From Deltaproteobacteria bacterium (GTDB lineage Bacteria; Desulfobacterota_D; UBA1144; Nemesobacterales; Nemesobacteraceae), in contig JAJCZR010000004.1 of NCBI GenBank assembly GCA_029262295.1, forward strand, positions 14,313 to 78,312: a stretch of 64,000 bases of DNA, given 5' to 3'. This document shows, one piece after another, positions 59,233 to 64,000 of the stretch. The number at the start of each line of letters is the position of its first letter. Position 1 is the stretch's first letter. A program made the translations under genes and the position numbers. The notes under the pieces were generated by a model. It worked only from the letters and a program-made list of their open reading frames with translations. It was not told where the DNA came from and did no database searches.

Positions 59233-59235
59233 AAA

Positions 59236-59643
59236 CTATTTAAAAATCTTGTATTTCCCTGGCCCTGTTAAGAATAAAGCAACATATACGGTTAATAATT
59301 CTAAAGCATGAGACGCTCCCTTTAGTCCGGCATTTTCAGCACCTGCAGGAAGTGAAAGATGCACTATTGCAGCCACTATCATAGTGAATGCCAGGATTGC
59401 TGTTGCAGGTCTAAAGAAAAACCCAACTAAAATAAAGAAAGAGCCAAAAAACTCAGAAAACGATGCCATAAAACCCCAAAATACAGGAAAAAAGTCAATT
59501 CCAAGATTGGCCATGTTGCCCCCAATCTTTTCCCATGCCTCCGGGCCACCCTTTATTTTTCCGAGCCCATGAAATATCATCATGGAGAGTCCTATCCCAA
59601 TTCTCAAAACCAATAATCCTAAATCTTTTCTATTTCCAAACAT
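59236..59643 (-). CDS. DoxX-family membrane protein
   Basis: 135 aa with 4 TM helices and the DoxX-like N-terminal motif (LGLLVLRIGIGLSMMIFHGLGKI). Confidence 0.55.
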   Translation of the reverse strand: MFGNRKDLGLLVLRIGIGLSMMIFHGLGKIKGGPEAWEKIGGNMANLGIDFFPVFWGFMASFSEFFGSFFILVGFFFRPATAILAFTMIVAAIVHLSLPAGAENAGLKGASHALELLTVYVALFLTGPGKYKIFK

Positions 59644-59796
59644 TTGAATCCCCTTTAGTAATAACTTTTATTATAAATATTGAATAAATTCAAACAGTTA
59701 CAATATAAACCTAATACATTTTCTGAATTTCATCATAAAGAATTTTATCTTTATATTATAGCAAACAACGAAAATAGCCTAAAATATTTTTAAGAA

Positions 59797-60564
59797 ATGA
59801 CAAATAAAATCATCAACCACCTTATTTATTCAAGCATCTTTGTGTCGATAGTTTCATCATTTCTTTTTGCTGTTACTCTTTTTACTTTTGATAAGATAAT
59901 CCCAATCAATAAAGTTTTACTGGTATTTTTTGGAACACTTTTAATTTACAATATCGATCACCTAAAGGACATTAAGTCAGATAAAGTAACAAATCCGGAA
60001 AGAACGGATTTCATCGAAAAAAATAAATCCTTACTCAAAGCGATTGTAGTAGTTTCACTATTAGCCTCCACATATCTCCTTTTTCAAATCGGCATTTACA
60101 AGACCTTAATATTAATACCTGCCTTTTTTATTGGCATTTTTCACTGGAAATTAAAAAAGAATAAAGTTTTTAGCATTTTATATATAACTTTAAGTTGGAC
60201 AGTCGTAGTTACAATTTTCCCTTTAATGGGCGAGTTTTATTCAAGAAAGGATCTTGTTCTTTTAACAACTATATTTGGACTGGTATTTATGGCTAATGCT
60301 TCAGTGTTTGTTGCTAGTGAACATGGATCAAAAACTGTAGGCAGGGCAGTGATTAGTTCAAAAATAATAGTAGTAATTGCGTTAGTTATAGCTTTACTAT
60401 TATCAACTGAGATGAGGCCCCTTGCATTTATTCCGGCATTAACTCTAATTGCACTAATTTATTACAAACCAGATGAGAGATACAACTTATTTATTATGGA
60501 TGGAGCGCTTTTAGTCGGAGGATTATTATCTGTTTTATACAAACAGTTTTTTACTTTTCTTTAA
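59797..60564 (+). CDS. UbiA-family prenyltransferase-like membrane protein
   Basis: 8 TM helices. NIDHLKDIKSD fits the first Asp-rich NxxxDxxxD motif of UbiA prenyltransferases. Confidence 0.45.
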   Translation: MTNKIINHLIYSSIFVSIVSSFLFAVTLFTFDKIIPINKVLLVFFGTLLIYNIDHLKDIKSDKVTNPERTDFIEKNKSLLKAIVVVSLLASTYLLFQIGIYKTLILIPAFFIGIFHWKLKKNKVFSILYITLSWTVVVTIFPLMGEFYSRKDLVLLTTIFGLVFMANASVFVASEHGSKTVGRAVISSKIIVVIALVIALLLSTEMRPLAFIPALTLIALIYYKPDERYNLFIMDGALLVGGLLSVLYKQFFTFL

Positions 60565-62104
60565 TTTCCAAAGGTAGTGTATTTTCATCCATCAAGTCTG
60601 TTTCTTCAAGTCCATCTTCAAGCAGGGCCTTGTAGATCGACTTTTTTGCCTTTGCTCCTAATTTTTTCAGCTTTTCAACCTGACCGACTAAATTTCCCTG
60701 ACCTGTTGATAATGCTTTAAATGCACTTTGGTATGAATTACTTGCATCATCCAGTTTCGAACCTATATTCTCTAAATGACGAATAAAATCAGTAAACCTA
60801 TCATAGAGTTTTCCAGCCCTGTCTGAAATATCAATTGCATTCCTGCTCTGTTTTTCATATTGCCATATACTTTGAATTGTTCTAAGGGTGGCGAGAAGGG
60901 TTGAAGGGCAGACAAGGATAATGTCTTTATCAAAAGCATTTTTAAAAATTGATTTATCATTTTCAATTGCAAGCATAAAAGCAGACTCTATGGGAATAAA
61001 CATCAATACATAATTAAGGCTTCTAATCTCATTTATATCTTCGTAATTTTTAACACCCAGCTCCTTAATATGATTATTTATTGATTGAATGTGTTCCTTT
61101 AAAGCACCCTGCCGTTCAATATCATCTTCTGCAGAACTGAATTTTTCATAAGCATTAAGAGAAACTTTTGAATCAATTATTACATCCTTATCATCAGGAA
61201 GGTGCACTATCACATCTGGCCGGAGCTGTCTTCCTTCTGCAGAGCGAAAAGAACTTTGAGTTTCATACTCTTCTCCTTTTCGAAGACCAGACATCTCCAG
61301 CACTTTTTCGAGAATCACCTCACCCCATGCACCCTGGGTTTGAGATTGTCCTTTAAGTGCTTTTGTAAGGTTAATTGCATCCTGCCCTATTCTCTCGTTG
61401 AGGTTTTTTAGCTGGTTTATCTGCGCTGAAAGTGAAACCCTGTCTTTAGTATCTTTTTCATAAGTGTCAGAAACTTTTTTATCGAAGTCTTTTATTTGCT
61501 CACGAAGAGGATTTAGAAGTGTCTCTAAATTAGTTTTGTTTTGATCAACAAACTTCTTACTTTTATCTTCAAATATTTTGTTTCCCAGATTCTGAAACTC
61601 TAGAGTGAGTTTTTCTTTAGCTTCATTTAGCAAAGCCAGTTTTTCAAGAGAAGATTCCCTATCTTTTTCAATAGTGGTTTTTAGCTCAGAAATAAGGCCT
61701 TCATCACTAATTCTTTTCTGGTTTAAGCCCGAAAGTTCTTTTTTTGTTTCAGAAAGTTGTTCTGAAGAATAGGTTATGGTTTTTTCTTTTTCATCAAGCC
61801 GGGATTCAAGGGAACTTTTTTCAGCAGTGAGGTTTGTATTGATTTGCCTTAAATTACTAAGGTTTATTTCAACATCTTCCACACGTTTACCAAGTTGAAG
61901 TAGCTCTTTATCTTTTGCCTCTAAGCTGTATCTGTTATTAGATATTTCTTCATTTTTCGCAAACAGTTCTTCTTTTAATTTTTGTGCAAGGTTACTTCTT
62001 TTATATAGCAAAGATAACAACAGAACAATTATCCCAAGAAAGATAAGGAAAAGAATAGGAAATAAATATGGGCTATTTTGTTGAACTAATATTAGACTTT
62101 GCAA
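60551..62104 (-). CDS. rmuC: DNA recombination protein RmuC
   Basis: N-terminal TM helix, long coiled coil, and a C-terminal RmuC nuclease-like domain. Confidence 0.8.
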   Translation of the reverse strand: MQSLILVQQNSPYLFPILFLIFLGIIVLLLSLLYKRSNLAQKLKEELFAKNEEISNNRYSLEAKDKELLQLGKRVEDVEINLSNLRQINTNLTAEKSSLESRLDEKEKTITYSSEQLSETKKELSGLNQKRISDEGLISELKTTIEKDRESSLEKLALLNEAKEKLTLEFQNLGNKIFEDKSKKFVDQNKTNLETLLNPLREQIKDFDKKVSDTYEKDTKDRVSLSAQINQLKNLNERIGQDAINLTKALKGQSQTQGAWGEVILEKVLEMSGLRKGEEYETQSSFRSAEGRQLRPDVIVHLPDDKDVIIDSKVSLNAYEKFSSAEDDIERQGALKEHIQSINNHIKELGVKNYEDINEIRSLNYVLMFIPIESAFMLAIENDKSIFKNAFDKDIILVCPSTLLATLRTIQSIWQYEKQSRNAIDISDRAGKLYDRFTDFIRHLENIGSKLDDASNSYQSAFKALSTGQGNLVGQVEKLKKLGAKAKKSIYKALLEDGLEETDLMDENTLPLEIKEK

Positions 62105-62148
62105 AGCAGTCTTAAGTATATACGAATAGTCAGATGATATAAATAATA

Positions 62149-62550
62149 TCAGTCTAGATAAAACTCTCCATATAGAACAGGAGTATCATTATAAATTACC
62201 TCTGCCTTATCACCCACTTTTACAGACGGAACATTCATACCAGATTTAGTATTAATCTTTTCGTAAACCCTTCCGTCATTAACCTGATAATCTTTAACAA
62301 AATCGCCATTGATAAGTAGCTTGACCATAGAACCATCAGGAATATTTGTGCGAGAGAATGCAAGTTTTAACTCTGCATTACCATCTGAGTATAATTCTCT
62401 TTCCACTTCTCCCCTTCCAGCTCTGGCAAATTCATTAGCGTTTGTGGGAGCAAGTTTAGCTTCAAAATCTTCAGTAATTCTTTTTGTTTCTTTGAACATA
62501 AACGAGATTATTGCAATTGCTACCACAGCTATTATGATCCAGCTCATCAT
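62149..62550 (-). CDS. membrane-anchored hypothetical protein
   Basis: N-terminal TM anchor followed by a ~100-aa beta-rich domain. Confidence 0.4.
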   Translation of the reverse strand: MMSWIIIAVVAIAIISFMFKETKRITEDFEAKLAPTNANEFARAGRGEVERELYSDGNAELKLAFSRTNIPDGSMVKLLINGDFVKDYQVNDGRVYEKINTKSGMNVPSVKVGDKAEVIYNDTPVLYGEFYLD

Positions 62551-62691
62551 TATAAAACTCCTATGTGTTTATTATATTAAATGATAATACTTTTTTATTT
62601 AGGATGTGTTAATTTTTGTAATTTACTGTGTTCCCTGAGATGAGGGGAATATTTCTTTTATAGTCGGAAGTTAATTCAACAACTTTAATCA

Positions 62692-63351
62692 TTATATGGA
62701 GCCATAAACTATTAGATGCCTATCACTTACCTGTTTTACTTTAAGATCCAATTTTGCTATTTCTATTTGTTTTTCAACTTCACTAAGACTAAATGCAGAC
62801 AGTAAAGATCGATGGAAATCTCTTTTTAAAATATCCGGTTCATCTTTAGCATAAATTTCAACTAGCATTCTAACTTCATCAAGACTCTCAGGTCTTAATA
62901 AATCCATGATGAAAACTTTAGTTGTTTCAAATCCAAGATTATTTACTGAGTCCCAAAGTACCATAGGGTCAGGAAGATGGTGAAGTAGGCTATTACTGAT
63001 AATAAAATCATGATTTTTATCTGTTTCATATTCCTCAATTCTTGAACTTACAAACTGAATTCTTTTTTGATAGTTCGGTTTTTCTGAAAGGAATATATTT
63101 GCATAATTAATCATTTCTGATGAGCCATCAATTGCATGTATTTTGGTATTGGGAAATGCTTCAGCAAAACGAAAAGTAATATCACCTGGTCCACATCCTA
63201 AATCTAAAACCATGCCTTGGATATTTTGATCAGAAAATTTTTCTTTAAAAATTTTGATAAAATTTGAATGAGGTTCTTCAAAATCAGCTTTTGCATAAGC
63301 TTCTATCTGTTCTGGTTGAACCATTAATTCAGGCTCAGGAATTCTGTTCAT
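62692..63351 (-). CDS. class I SAM-dependent methyltransferase
   Basis: Motif I VLDLGCGPGD with downstream acidic motifs. Lies 8 bp downstream of the PemK toxin gene. Confidence 0.7.
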   Translation of the reverse strand: MNRIPEPELMVQPEQIEAYAKADFEEPHSNFIKIFKEKFSDQNIQGMVLDLGCGPGDITFRFAEAFPNTKIHAIDGSSEMINYANIFLSEKPNYQKRIQFVSSRIEEYETDKNHDFIISNSLLHHLPDPMVLWDSVNNLGFETTKVFIMDLLRPESLDEVRMLVEIYAKDEPDILKRDFHRSLLSAFSLSEVEKQIEIAKLDLKVKQVSDRHLIVYGSI

Positions 63352-63359
63352 AGAATCAA

Positions 63360-63695
63360 TCAGGATATAATTTCATTTAAGCCATCAATAATTTTCAGAA
63401 GTTCTTCTTTGGAAATTCTGCCAAGACTTTTTCCGATGCGTTCAGTTGAAAGAGTTCTTATCTGACTAATCTTTGCCCACGACTTCTTGGGAAGTTTTGT
63501 GCTTTCTATTGGCAATGTCAGTGGAAATCCTGCTCGTTGTGATTGGCTTGTCAAAGCAATTGCTATTACAGTCCCTGATCTTTCATTAAATATATTATGG
63601 CTTAGAATTACTACAGGTCTTAAGCCAGCTTGCTCACTTCCTCTGACAGGATTGAGATCAGCCCATCTAACTTCACCCCTTAATATTCTGGCCAA
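63360..63695 (-). CDS. type II toxin, PemK/MazF family
   Basis: RGEVRWADLNPVRGSEQAGLRPVVIL...AIALTSQ matches the PemK fold signature. Confidence 0.8.
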   Translation of the reverse strand: MARILRGEVRWADLNPVRGSEQAGLRPVVILSHNIFNERSGTVIAIALTSQSQRAGFPLTLPIESTKLPKKSWAKISQIRTLSTERIGKSLGRISKEELLKIIDGLNEIIS

Positions 63696-63922
63696 TCATC
63701 TAACTCCAAAGTTATACCTTCATCAGCAAATCTTTTTTCATAATCTGGGTCAAGTTTAGAGGATTCTTTCTCAAGTCTTAATTTAAGAAGTCTATCTAAC
63801 TTTTCTTCTACAGCATCCTCAATGGCTCTACTGCGATTTGAATAAACTTTTTCTTTAACCAGCTGATCTAAACTATGAAGAGTTTTTTCTTCTAAAGTAA
63901 TTGCAATCTTTGCCTTTGACAT
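63680..63922 (-). CDS. ribbon-helix-helix (CopG/RHH-like) antitoxin
   Basis: 80 aa. N-terminal KIAITLEEKTLHSLDQL is a beta-strand plus helix as in RHH proteins. 16-bp overlap with the toxin. Confidence 0.55.
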   Translation of the reverse strand: MSKAKIAITLEEKTLHSLDQLVKEKVYSNRSRAIEDAVEEKLDRLLKLRLEKESSKLDPDYEKRFADEGITLELDDWPEY

Positions 63923-64000
63923 AGGTATGACAATACATCATACCTCATCTATGTCAATAACAGAATTTGTATGCTTGATTTAACTTTTATTCTTTGGAGG

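Overview
Low-GC (~35%) bacterial chromosomal segment with about 60 protein-coding genes, mostly tightly packed and many on the minus strand. No rRNA, intact tRNA, CRISPR array, integrase or transposase was recognised. Gene content (separate secD/secF with yajC, SPFH protein, a 3237-aa TPR protein, LysM and beta-helix secreted proteins, a nuoG-like/nuoH pair) suggests an FCB-group-like or Ignavibacteria/Calditrichota-like organism, but this is a weak guess. Housekeeping genes recognised from the translations: fumC, hisS, gyrB, dcd, pheS, yajC-secD-secF, tgt, dapB, sucD, trxA, tatA, clpS, rmuC. Accessory content: an RND efflux pair (membrane-fusion protein plus AcrB-like pump) with no adjacent outer-membrane factor, a 3237-aa TPR protein with an internal acidic linker, tandem paralogous secreted beta-helix proteins (one with a MYXO-CTERM-like C-terminal sorting tail), three type II toxin-antitoxin modules (mazEF, higBA, RHH-pemK), several SAM methyltransferases, a glutathione-linked pair (GFA and MAPEG), and an orphan hydantoinase-B. 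The most distinctive signal not explained by any ORF is a dispersed family of ~36-nt intergenic hairpin repeats. Each has conserved flanks TGTCAT and ATCCAGG around a variable stem whose copies show compensatory base changes. They co-occur with other short modules (CTCTCCC hairpins, ATCCTGCATC motifs, G-depleted CTAA-rich tracts) in mosaic intergenic islands. One pair of these repeats forms a 251-bp MITE-like inverted-repeat element just after nuoH. Everything here is inferred from the raw sequence and the ORF track; no database searches were run.
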